DNA of 62,002 nt, counting the filler. It is 5 parts of 5 records of this genome, joined end to end, with 100 filler letters (N's around TTAATTAATTAA, not from the genome) between each part and the next. Parts side by side here need not be neighbours in the genome. Positions count along the whole stretch, not along the records: positions 28,747 to 48,415 come from SRR20825010_5025; positions 48,516 to 52,620 come from SRR20825010_5044; 3 more parts are not named here. One strand, given 5' to 3'. Of the stretch, positions 40,442 to 49,968 are shown piece after piece (the first letter of the stretch is position 1; each line of letters starts with the position of its first letter). A program made the translations under genes and the position numbers. The notes under the pieces were generated by a model. The model did no database searches. It was not told where the DNA came from and saw only the letters and a list, made by a program, of their open reading frames with translations.

Positions 40442-43400
40442 TCATGGGCTCGCTTGGGAGACGAACTCGGATGGCAATTCGTACTGTCCGTCCGATGCCA
40501 AACGGGTCGTGATCAAGATTGCTGACTTGTCCGGTTTCACCACCCACACCAATGCCTGCTTCGGATCGGCCGGCCCGGTCGCGGTTCGATCGGGGTTGGC
40601 CCCAAGCACCAAATCGGTCAGCACCGTTCGCAACGGAATATCATTTTTCGCGAAATCACGAATTTGTTGGTTTTGGGTGATGCCCATCTTCTGCAAATCA
40701 CCACCAATGATTTCGATGGGTGGCAATTGATTGTTCGCGGGCAGGTCACGGTTGAACTCTTCAGCAATCGTGTCGACGGCAAACTGCAACGATTCTTGAT
40801 CAAAGCTGACCGACATCTTCCGGTCCAGCATTTCCTCGATTGACAATTTGGTTTGATTGGACGCCATTGCCTCCGAGACTGGTTCGGTCGTCGTGTTTGT
40901 GGCGAGCAAGGTTGCCAACGTCAGTTGCGGCAGAGCCAATGGTGGCAGGTAAGCGTTCCAAACAAGTTTGCGATCCACGCGACCGGTACGCACATTCTCT
41001 TGAGCAAACGCCCACATCGACGGCAGCCTTGCGGCGAGCAATCTCCACGAAGGATCGATGTCACGCGTCACCAGGAAGTCTTCTGCCCAGCGAGGTGCGT
41101 TGTCGAGTTGGGCACGAAGTGGCGTCGCCAGCGCGGTGGGATCAACGCCCGGGGCGGCTGCCAAGCGAACTTCGACATACGATCCAGTTGGGCTGGTCGA
41201 TGTTTCGTTAAACGAATCTTCGGACGCGGATGCCACTCGAACCAACACACCACCGCAATCGGCGAGAAGGTTTTGTCGAATCCATGGAATCAGTTCCGGC
41301 GAAGTCGCGTCCATCCAACGCCTCGCATCGCTGACCAGGAAATTAGGCTGGGTAAGAAACGCGATCGCATCATTGGGACGAGCCGATTGCCAAAGTTCTT
41401 CGAGCAACCGCGGCAACACAACCGGCGCGCCTCCCATCTCGGCGACCTCACCAATGCGAGCGATGGAGCCAACCGCGAACGCATCGACCAGATCGTCGGC
41501 AGCTCCCGCAGGACGACCTTGCGTCATCGGGAAATACGCCAACGCATCGCGAGTGTCACCGGCGTAGATGGTCTCACCACCGGGTCCGCGTGCGGAAGAG
41601 ACGCCCCAGGTATCCAGCAAAGTTTCCAACGACTTTGGTTTGTTCAAACGAATTGCAGCGGCGACTTCTGGAATGCCTTCTTCTCCAGGAAACCAGGCCA
41701 ACGCCACATGAGCGATCGTTTCGCTAGGCACTCCCGACCATTGGTTCAGGGCGTCCAACCAGCTTTGAGTTTCGGGACCGAACATCTCCAGCAACCCGAG
41801 TTGTTGAAGTCGTTGCCAATCCATCGTCACCACCGCGGCGGGACCTGGTGGCAACAATCCGGTGGCACGACTGACTTGTTCACCGTCTGCCCGCAAGTCT
41901 GGCGGAGCCCAAAGCATTTGCTCGCTGTCGACGACTTGAATTCCCGTCGCAGGCGGATCGGAACGACGAACTGGAGAGCGGACCGGCGTCGTGGGCTGGT
42001 TCGTATCACTGGAAACGCGAGGAATGAATTGTGGAACCGGCGGCCGGACTCGCTTGGCAACTTCCCGCGGATTCTTGTCTCGAGTTGCCAGCATGGCGAC
42101 CAACACCAACACGGGAACGCACAACGCGTAGATCCCGTACCACGCTTTGCGGTTGCGTCGCCTTCGTCGACGTCGAACCGGAACAACGGCGGCAACGTTT
42201 TGTTTTGATTCCGTTGGTTTTGGTTCAGGTGTCGCGGTCGATGCTTCGGCTTTCGTCGCCTCATGGGTCACTGCGACGGGGGCAGTCGCCTTTGGCACTT
42301 CCGACTCTGCGACAACGAGCGGAGTGGCATCGGCTTCAGGGTCTGCGTCGACGGAAGCGACGCCCGCCGTAGCTTCAAGCTGTGATGTGCCACTTCGTTC
42401 TACCAACGCTTCCTTGGCAACTTTCGCGACGGACGCCACCTCTGCGTCCGCAATAGCCTTTGCGTCAGACGGCGTCTCAACTTTCTTGGGCGAAGTTCCC
42501 GAGCCTGGTTCCGATGTGCGAGATGGCTTGGCCAGCGGCGCGTTCTGTGGCGTCGGTTTGGAAGCCTCGACCTTTGGAGCAGTTTCTCTTGCCGCAGTTT
42601 TGGGCTTCGCCGGCGAAGTCGTTCGTTCCGCCTTTTTCTCAGTCGACTTCTTCTCGGTCGACTTCTCTACAACTGACGTCTTCTCCGTCGGACGCTTGGT
42701 GATCGTCTCTGTCTTCGTAGCCGATCGCTGTTTTGTAGGCGCTGGTTCCGTCTCTGGTTCAACCGGAGTTGCCGTCGCCGCCACGTTCAAAGCTTGCGCG
42801 AATTGCTCGACGCTTGCGAAGCGAGCATTGGGATCAGTCGCCAACGCGGCTGCCAAAACTCGACACAACGGATCGCCGGTTGCACCCTGCTCAACTGCCG
42901 TCGTCAATTCCGAAGGCAATGCGGATCGCGAATCGTTGGCAAAAGCAGGACGTCCGAACCGCAATTCAAATCCCAAACATCCAATTGCAAAGATGTCATC
43001 GGCAACCGTCAGTTCGTGATTTTGCGAACCAGCCAAACGTTCGGGCGACCAGTGAGATGGGGAATCGGGTGATGAATCGAGCCATGTTTCGCGTTTTGAC
43101 TTTCCGTTTTTTCCGGCAACGCTCTGCATCGATGCAAATGGATCTCGCAGCAAAGTCCATTGACCGGAATCGTTGGCCCAAATTCGATCGCGATGAATGT
43201 CGCCATGGACCATCTTCTTTGCGTGCATGGCTGCGACCGCATCGCAGATCGGATCTAGCACGGCCACGGTTTGCTGGACCGATCGAGGCTGGTCGGGTGG
43301 ATCCAAGCATCGTCCCGAAGCCAACGGGGTGAAAACACCCGCGAAATCATGGCGGCTGCCGATGGGCTCGCCCAATGGACCGTTCCGAACCGGGACAATC

Positions 43401-43849
43401 TCGATGGGTTGCAACGCTGGGTGTGATAGTTCGGCGTGAGCCCGCAAGTTGGCGGCGGCTTCGGCGGGCAAGCCGGCCGGATTGATTTGCCGCAACCAGC
43501 CGGAGACCGGCTTTGCACCGGCTTGCGCTGGGTCGCAAACCACGGATTGCCAATCCGAGAAAGGAAAGGGAGCCGATTTATCAGCCGCAACCAGGGTCAG
43601 CGGCGGAATTCGCAGGAGTGGCGTGTTGGGAAAGTCAACTTCCCACGTGGTGTGCTGCAGCACTCGCGAAATAGGGTATTTTTTAACTCGGCCGGTTTTG
43701 ACCAGCCACGATGCGAGCGACACGGGATCCGACGGCGGTTTGCCCCCGTGATCGTTCGCGAAATCGGCGGCCCAAATTGGTGGGTCGGAGGCGTCGGCCA
43801 GTCCGCTTTGGACCATCCGTTTCCAAAAATCGACAAGTTGCAGCGGCAT
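40442..43849 (-). CDS. Membrane-anchored Ser/Thr kinase-like protein (probable pseudokinase) with large C-terminal region
   Basis: MHAKKMVHGDIH, WSPERL, DDIFAIGC, DPNARF; low-complexity linker; RRRRRRR then TM; large C-terminal domain. Confidence 0.75.
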   Translation of the reverse strand: MPLQLVDFWKRMVQSGLADASDPPIWAADFANDHGGKPPSDPVSLASWLVKTGRVKKYPISRVLQHTTWEVDFPNTPLLRIPPLTLVAADKSAPFPFSDWQSVVCDPAQAGAKPVSGWLRQINPAGLPAEAAANLRAHAELSHPALQPIEIVPVRNGPLGEPIGSRHDFAGVFTPLASGRCLDPPDQPRSVQQTVAVLDPICDAVAAMHAKKMVHGDIHRDRIWANDSGQWTLLRDPFASMQSVAGKNGKSKRETWLDSSPDSPSHWSPERLAGSQNHELTVADDIFAIGCLGFELRFGRPAFANDSRSALPSELTTAVEQGATGDPLCRVLAAALATDPNARFASVEQFAQALNVAATATPVEPETEPAPTKQRSATKTETITKRPTEKTSVVEKSTEKKSTEKKAERTTSPAKPKTAARETAPKVEASKPTPQNAPLAKPSRTSEPGSGTSPKKVETPSDAKAIADAEVASVAKVAKEALVERSGTSQLEATAGVASVDADPEADATPLVVAESEVPKATAPVAVTHEATKAEASTATPEPKPTESKQNVAAVVPVRRRRRRRNRKAWYGIYALCVPVLVLVAMLATRDKNPREVAKRVRPPVPQFIPRVSSDTNQPTTPVRSPVRRSDPPATGIQVVDSEQMLWAPPDLRADGEQVSRATGLLPPGPAAVVTMDWQRLQQLGLLEMFGPETQSWLDALNQWSGVPSETIAHVALAWFPGEEGIPEVAAAIRLNKPKSLETLLDTWGVSSARGPGGETIYAGDTRDALAYFPMTQGRPAGAADDLVDAFAVGSIARIGEVAEMGGAPVVLPRLLEELWQSARPNDAIAFLTQPNFLVSDARRWMDATSPELIPWIRQNLLADCGGVLVRVASASEDSFNETSTSPTGSYVEVRLAAAPGVDPTALATPLRAQLDNAPRWAEDFLVTRDIDPSWRLLAARLPSMWAFAQENVRTGRVDRKLVWNAYLPPLALPQLTLATLLATNTTTEPVSEAMASNQTKLSIEEMLDRKMSVSFDQESLQFAVDTIAEEFNRDLPANNQLPPIEIIGGDLQKMGITQNQQIRDFAKNDIPLRTVLTDLVLGANPDRTATGPADPKQALVWVVKPDKSAILITTRLASDGQYELPSEFVSQASP

Positions 43850-44010
43850 GGCGACGAGAAGAAGTAACAACAGACCGGATCAACCGGCATCACATAGAAC
43901 TTTGACCTAGTTTATTCTGTCTGGCACGTCGACATCGGATGCCTTTTCGACGAATGTCCTTAGTCTCGTCATTTTCCTGATTCGCAACCTTGTAGAACCC
44001 CACCGTTGCC

Positions 44011-45534
44011 TTGAATATCGTCTACCTGACGACCGAAGCCGTTCCATTCGCCAAAACCGGTGGTCTCGCCGACGTCTGTGGCACTCTGCCCAAAGTGGTT
44101 GCCGCTCAAGGGCATCGCTGTGCGGTCATCATGCCTGCCTTTTCGTCGATCGAACGATCGTTGCAACCGATCGAGACGACCGACATCAGCTTCGCGGTTC
44201 CAATGTCGGATCAAAAGCTGATCGGTTGCCGCCTATTGAAAAGCCATCTGCCGAAAGATCCCAACGATCCAAAGGACTCGGCCGAGGTCCCGGTTTATTT
44301 CATCGACCAGCCGCAATACTTCCGACGCCCCTCGCTCTACGGTGACGCCAACGGAGACTACCACGACAACGCCGAACGATTCATTTTTTACTGTCGTGCC
44401 GCGATCATCGCGATGACTCGATTGGGGTATCCGGTCGATTTGGTGCACTGCAACGATTGGCAATCTGCTTTGGTACCCGCACTGTTGCGAGCTGCGTCGG
44501 ACAACGTGGCAAAGACCCAACCAATTGCGACGATGCTGTCGATTCACAACATGGCCTATCAAGGCAACTTTGGTTTCGATGCGTTTCCGTGGACTGGTTT
44601 GAGTTGGGATCACTTCCGACCGGAATCGTTCGAGTACTACAACCAGCTGAACTTCCTCAAAACCGGCGTTGTGACCTCCGATGTTGTGTCGACGGTCAGC
44701 CCCACGTATGCCTTGGAAATCCAAACGCCAGAGTACGGCTGCGGACTGGATTCGATCCTGCAAGGCATCCCGCAACCTGTCGCGGGAATCATCAACGGAA
44801 TCGACACAAACATTTGGAATCCCGAAACCGATCCACACCTCAAACGCAATTACAGCGTGGTGGATTGGGCGGACGCAAAGATTGACAACAAACTTGCGCT
44901 GCAAGCCGAGGTGGGTTTGCCTCAAGATCCCGACGTTCCGTTGTTGGGATTGATCGGTCGTTTGGCGGATCAAAAAGGTTGGGACCTGATCCTTCCCGTT
45001 TTAAAACAACACCTCGCCGAAGCACGTCCAACGCAGTGGGTCGTGCTGGGCAGCGGCGATCCCAAAATCGAGGAGCAACTACGCGAGCTGACCGAGCAAC
45101 ATCCCAAACAACTGGCCGCTTACATCGGCTTCAGCGATGCATTGGCTCATCGCATCGAAGCGTCGAGCGACATGTTCATCATGCCCAGCCACTACGAACC
45201 CTGCGGGCTCAATCAACTCTATAGCCTTCGGTACGGAACCCCGTGCGTTGTGACCAAGACCGGCGGATTGGCGGACACAATCGTGGATGCGACTCCGGAG
45301 AACGTTGCGGCAAATCTCGCCACAGGGTTCCATTTGAATGACAGCAGCGCCGGTGCGCTTGACCACGCGATCAACCGGGCTCTGCAGCTTCGATATCACT
45401 CTCCCGAAAAATGGAAAAATCTTGTCGAATTTGGGATGTCGCAGGATTGGACGTGGAGGAAAAGTGCAGACCAATACATTCAGCTTTATGCCCGCACAAT
45501 TTCCCTAAATCGTCGAAGGCGATCGGGAAGCTAG
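44011..45534 (+). CDS. glgA: Glycogen synthase
   Basis: EAVPFAKTGGLADV, HCNDWQ, IHNMAYQG, RLADQKG, PSHYEPCGLNQLYSLRYG. Confidence 0.97.
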   Translation: MNIVYLTTEAVPFAKTGGLADVCGTLPKVVAAQGHRCAVIMPAFSSIERSLQPIETTDISFAVPMSDQKLIGCRLLKSHLPKDPNDPKDSAEVPVYFIDQPQYFRRPSLYGDANGDYHDNAERFIFYCRAAIIAMTRLGYPVDLVHCNDWQSALVPALLRAASDNVAKTQPIATMLSIHNMAYQGNFGFDAFPWTGLSWDHFRPESFEYYNQLNFLKTGVVTSDVVSTVSPTYALEIQTPEYGCGLDSILQGIPQPVAGIINGIDTNIWNPETDPHLKRNYSVVDWADAKIDNKLALQAEVGLPQDPDVPLLGLIGRLADQKGWDLILPVLKQHLAEARPTQWVVLGSGDPKIEEQLRELTEQHPKQLAAYIGFSDALAHRIEASSDMFIMPSHYEPCGLNQLYSLRYGTPCVVTKTGGLADTIVDATPENVAANLATGFHLNDSSAGALDHAINRALQLRYHSPEKWKNLVEFGMSQDWTWRKSADQYIQLYARTISLNRRRRSGS

Positions 45535-45672
45535 CTCGCGACACTCGTTTTCGCCGCTGATGGGGAAGATTGGGGATGCATCTCGGTTCTGGACTGCTAC
45601 ATTGCAGAGACGCATATTGAGCGGGGAGGTGTAACCACTCTGCCGTCAGCCCCATGATCGCGAGTCGAATCG

Positions 45673-47064
45673 ATGAAGACACAACAGTCAGGAGTCAACA
45701 TCGATCCGCGTCAAATATCGCTGAGTGAGACCTCCCGGACTGCTGAACATTCGCTTCCCGCGGAACAAAGCGGATTGGACACGCAAAGCGTGACCGACCT
45801 GCAAACCGAGCGTGACAATCCCGTCCCTACGCGCACCGGGGCAAAACCAAACTTCGATCATTCCGCCACGTCGCAACGTGCGGAGGATTTGGTGGATCGC
45901 TTGGTCGACGCCGAGATCCTCGATCAGCCCTGCAAAGACGGCCGATACGTTGATTTTCCCAATGAGTCACACGTTCAAACCGGTCGCTCGCGAAAAGACC
46001 CGATTTCGGGCAGTTGGACAATCTTTGCACCCGGCCGTGCCCGCCGGCCTGATCAATTCAAATCTCATCGGCCAAAACCTGACGCGTCGATGGATTGCCC
46101 GTTTTGTCACGGCAACGAAAACCTGACACCAGCTTCGGTGTGGTCGGCAAAACTATCGGAAGACGAAGAAGCCGTTCCACAGTCTTCTGATTGGACGGTT
46201 CGAGTCGTTCCGAACTTGTTTCCGGCCATCAAACCCGAAAGCAACGCTGAGCTCAAACCCACCGCCGCCGACGACGAAGCAGAATCGCGTTTGTCGCCAT
46301 TCGCTCAATCGTTGTTTGTCGAAGAGATCGCATCGGGCGGCCACGAGGTCATCATTGAAGCCGCTCGCCACACTCGGTCGCTTAGCGAACTGAACTTGGC
46401 AGAGATCGCCCTCGCGTTTTCCGCTTATGCGGCCCGGATGCGTCATTGGCGTCAACAACCTGGCATTCAATTCATCAGTCTGTTCAAGAACGTCGGCCGT
46501 GATGCCGGTGCGTCGTTACAGCACAGCCACAGCCAACTCATCGCTTCGAACCACTTGCCGCACTCGGTTCGCGAAGTCAACAAACGCATGCGATCGCACT
46601 TCGATCGTTACGGACGCTGTTTGCAATGCGATGTGTTGCAAGCTGAACTGGAACGCAAAGAACGAATCGTTCATCAATCCGATTCGCTGGTCGCCTACTG
46701 TCCTCACGCCAGCCGGTTCCCTTACCTGATTCGAATCACGTCCAAAATGCATGTGGGCTGTTTCGAAGACCTTTCGGTTTCAATGAACGAAGAAGTCGCG
46801 CGTTTGGTGCTGCGAAGTGTTCGTTGGCTCGAAGCGATCATTCCCGGCGTCGCGTACAACATGATGTTGCACACGGGTCCCGCCGGTGACCAGCACGACA
46901 ACGAAACGCACCACTGGAGCCTTGAATTGGCACCGCGAATCGGTCGTTTGGCCGGTTATGAACTCAGTTCCGGCGGTATGATCAACACGGTGTATCCCGA
47001 GGCTGCCGCGGACGAATTTCGTCATCAAGCCCGACGCAGCGACCCGCGTCACGCTCTGCGTTGA
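45673..47064 (+). CDS. GalT-family nucleotidylyltransferase (galactose-1-P uridylyltransferase or ADP-glucose phosphorylase-like)
   Basis: RARRP, CPFC..NE, RVVPNLFPA, GHEVIIE, FKNVGRDAGASLQHSHSQ, HWSLE. Confidence 0.88.
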   Translation: MKTQQSGVNIDPRQISLSETSRTAEHSLPAEQSGLDTQSVTDLQTERDNPVPTRTGAKPNFDHSATSQRAEDLVDRLVDAEILDQPCKDGRYVDFPNESHVQTGRSRKDPISGSWTIFAPGRARRPDQFKSHRPKPDASMDCPFCHGNENLTPASVWSAKLSEDEEAVPQSSDWTVRVVPNLFPAIKPESNAELKPTAADDEAESRLSPFAQSLFVEEIASGGHEVIIEAARHTRSLSELNLAEIALAFSAYAARMRHWRQQPGIQFISLFKNVGRDAGASLQHSHSQLIASNHLPHSVREVNKRMRSHFDRYGRCLQCDVLQAELERKERIVHQSDSLVAYCPHASRFPYLIRITSKMHVGCFEDLSVSMNEEVARLVLRSVRWLEAIIPGVAYNMMLHTGPAGDQHDNETHHWSLELAPRIGRLAGYELSSGGMINTVYPEAAADEFRHQARRSDPRHALR

Positions 47065-47172
47065 GCAATTGGGCACGCGTCTCGTCGCTGCTCGCCCAAA
47101 GTTTGCTTGCTTGAGATAGAATGTGGCTCCGATTGCCCCACATTTTGTCCACCCAATCAAGCTTGAGCAGCC

Positions 47173-48216
47173 ATGAAAAAGCGTCGTTACGCCGCCACCG
47201 CATTCGCATTTGCAGTTTGCTTCTTATCCACCGTGACCTCGCTTCATGCAGCGGATCATTTGGTGTTCGAGCCCGCCGAAGGCAAGGCCAACGGCAAACA
47301 CATCGTGCTGATCTCGGGCGATGAAGAATACCGCACCGAGGAATCCTGCCCGATGCTCGGGAAGATCCTCAGCCAAACGCACGGCTTCAAGTGCACGGTG
47401 CTGTTCGCCATCGACAAGGAAACCGGCGGCATCAACCCGTACCAGATCGACAACATCCCCGGCACGGAAGCACTCAACGACGCTGACCTGATGATCCTGG
47501 CAACGCGTTGGCGAGTTCTTCCCGACGATCAGCTCGATCCGATTTTGAAGTTCATCAACGCCGGCAAACCGATCATCGCCTATCGCACCGCCACTCATGC
47601 CTTCAAAAGTGGTCACTACGGCGACTACGACTGGGCCAACTTTGGAATCAACGTGGTCGGCGAAAACTGGCATTCGCACCATGGCAAACACAAAGCCGAA
47701 GGCGGACGTGCGGTCATCGTGGAAGACAACGCCAACCATCCGATTTTGAACGACGTTGCCGACATCTACACACCGTCGGACATCTACGGTGTCGTCCATC
47801 TCGACGAATCCGCCGCCACCGTTTTGCTGCGAGGCATGGTGATTCAGCACCTCGATCCAGCCGCCCCGCCGGTCGACGCGAAGAACGATCCGATGATGCC
47901 TTTGGCTTGGTTGAAACCCTACGAAGCTCCCTCGGGGAAAACCGGTCAATGCCTGGCCACCACCGCCGGTGCAGCAGTTGATTTCCGCAGCGAAGACCTT
48001 CGTCGCTTGATCGTCAACGCCAGCTACTTCCTCACCGGAATGGACGTCCCCAAATCGGCGGACGTTTCGTTCATCGATCCATACGTGCCATCGTTCTACG
48101 GATTCGAAACCGGAAAACTGTACCGCCAACGCGACCTTCGGGTAGAAGAGTTTGACCTCGGTTCATCCGCGACCGTCTTCGCGCCCAAAGGCACATTCGC
48201 ACCCGTGGCGAACTGA
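47173..48216 (+). CDS. Secreted ThuA-like (class I glutamine amidotransferase-like) domain protein
   Basis: Signal peptide, HIVLISGDEEYRTEES, RTATHAF, HPILNDV, MPLAW, RRLIVNA. Confidence 0.8.
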   Translation: MKKRRYAATAFAFAVCFLSTVTSLHAADHLVFEPAEGKANGKHIVLISGDEEYRTEESCPMLGKILSQTHGFKCTVLFAIDKETGGINPYQIDNIPGTEALNDADLMILATRWRVLPDDQLDPILKFINAGKPIIAYRTATHAFKSGHYGDYDWANFGINVVGENWHSHHGKHKAEGGRAVIVEDNANHPILNDVADIYTPSDIYGVVHLDESAATVLLRGMVIQHLDPAAPPVDAKNDPMMPLAWLKPYEAPSGKTGQCLATTAGAAVDFRSEDLRRLIVNASYFLTGMDVPKSADVSFIDPYVPSFYGFETGKLYRQRDLRVEEFDLGSSATVFAPKGTFAPVAN

Positions 48217-48415
48217 GTGAATCCATCCAGCTCCCACCAACCAACGAATTGGCTCACGGGATGAAACCCAATCATTCCGGCGTACTTGTTTGAATGCGTT
48301 GGGCTGGACTGCTGAATCGTTGGGGTTGTGGTGACGATCTGTTGGCGCAAGTTTTCATCCCGGTAGGGATATCAGATGGTAGCCTTCGGTAAGCGATAGC
48401 GCCACCGATGGACAC

Positions 48416-48515
48416 NNNNNNNNNNNNNNNNNNNNNNNNNNNNNNNNNNNNNNNNNNNNTTAATTAATTAANNNNNNNNNNNNNNNNNNNNNNNNNNNNN
48501 NNNNNNNNNNNNNNN
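48416..48515. other. Artificial contig linker
   Basis: N44-TTAATTAATTAA-N44. Confidence 0.99.
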
Positions 48516-49968
48516 CGTTGTCGGCCACCACATCGGCCCGCAGCTCGTCTGCCACTTCTCGCGTCGCCGCCCCCGCCAGCGTGAAGCTCGCGCCCCCACT
48601 CGCGACCCACTGCCCGCCCTGCAGCGTCTTGGCCTCGGACATCGCCCCTCCCTCACCGAGCGTGAAGAAGCCGACCCCCGACCGCCCCACTCCGCTGAGG
48701 GATTCGAGCCTCGCCAACTCCGCCGGTGGCAGCGCCTGCGACAGGTAGTACACGTGATCGAGCCAGTCCACACTCGGCTCGCGGAGCTTCTCGATGTGAT
48801 TCACCCTCGCCTCGGCCCGGAGCTGCCGGATGTACTGCATCGCAAGCGTGTTGCTCTGTTCCTTCGTGCTGTTGATCCTGCCGTTGAGCGACCGCAATTG
48901 CTGATCAGCGATCACCCAGCCGCCGCCACCGAAGATGATGAATCCGAACGCCGCCGCGAGCACCGCCTGCCGGAGCTGCGCCGAGGTGTCCGGAGCCTTC
49001 CGCGGGTTCGAGAAGTCGTACGTCGGGCGATCGATCGCCGCGCCAACCATCAAACCGATCAGCGGCGCGAGCACCGCGCGAGACTGGCTCTCCATCTCCG
49101 AGGGCAATTCCACCGCGTTGGGGAACCGCACGGTCTGCCAGGGCAACCCCAGCTCGTCGCCGAGCGACTTGCCGACCGACTCGGCCATCGCGTCGTCGCC
49201 CAGCACCGCGATGCACACGATGTCCCCGGACTCACCCGTGCCGCGGTACCCGACCCGGGTCCGCTTGGCCTCGACCGCGACCCGCTGTGTGAATGCTGCC
49301 CAGCCCGCAAGCTCCGTCGGGGGCTTGATCTCCACCGCGCGGGAGAACACCACGCGACCCTCTGCAACGATGCCCAGCTCCACCCCCTGCGCCGTCACAG
49401 ACACTCCCAGCACCGGGCCGTCCTGCGTGTACGAGAGCTGCGCAAACAGCGTCGCCGACCCTTCGCCCCGCAGCGCCACAGAGCGAAGCCGGAGCTTGGC
49501 CTTCTTCGCCACGCCCCGGGCGTGGGCGACAAAGTCACCGGGCAGCGCCGCCGCGAGAAGCTCCGTGGGGTCGCCCTCACCGCTCTCGGTCTGCGGCGAG
49601 TTGAGCCGCACATAGTCGATCGCCGCCCCCTGCAGGGGCATCGTCAGCTGACGCGCCATCTGCAACTGCACCATCCCCGCCAGATCCCCCTCACGACCGC
49701 TCGCGGCCGCGGGCAGCGTGAGCCGCTTGAGCACCACACTTGCTCGCGGCACCGCGATCACGCAGGCCCTGGCCTTGCAGCCCGCCTCCTTGAGCGAGGA
49801 CGCGACCCAGTCGCCCACCCCCTCGGTGTCCGATCCATCGATGCCCTTCGGCTGCTCGGCGGCAAGCCAGCCGCGGACTCGGACCCGGTCCTTCTGCACC
49901 GTGCCCCACACCGCGCTCAGCCGCTCGCCCTCGTGGCAGAGCACCACCAGGTTCCCTCGGAGTTTCAT
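48516..49968 (-). CDS. GspL/PilM-PilN-like type II secretion platform protein (3' partial)
   Basis: Actin-like cytoplasmic region (AVPRASVVLKRLTLP, VVFSRAV), single TM, coiled coil, DWLDHVYYLSQALP; ATGA overlap with upstream gene. Confidence 0.65.
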
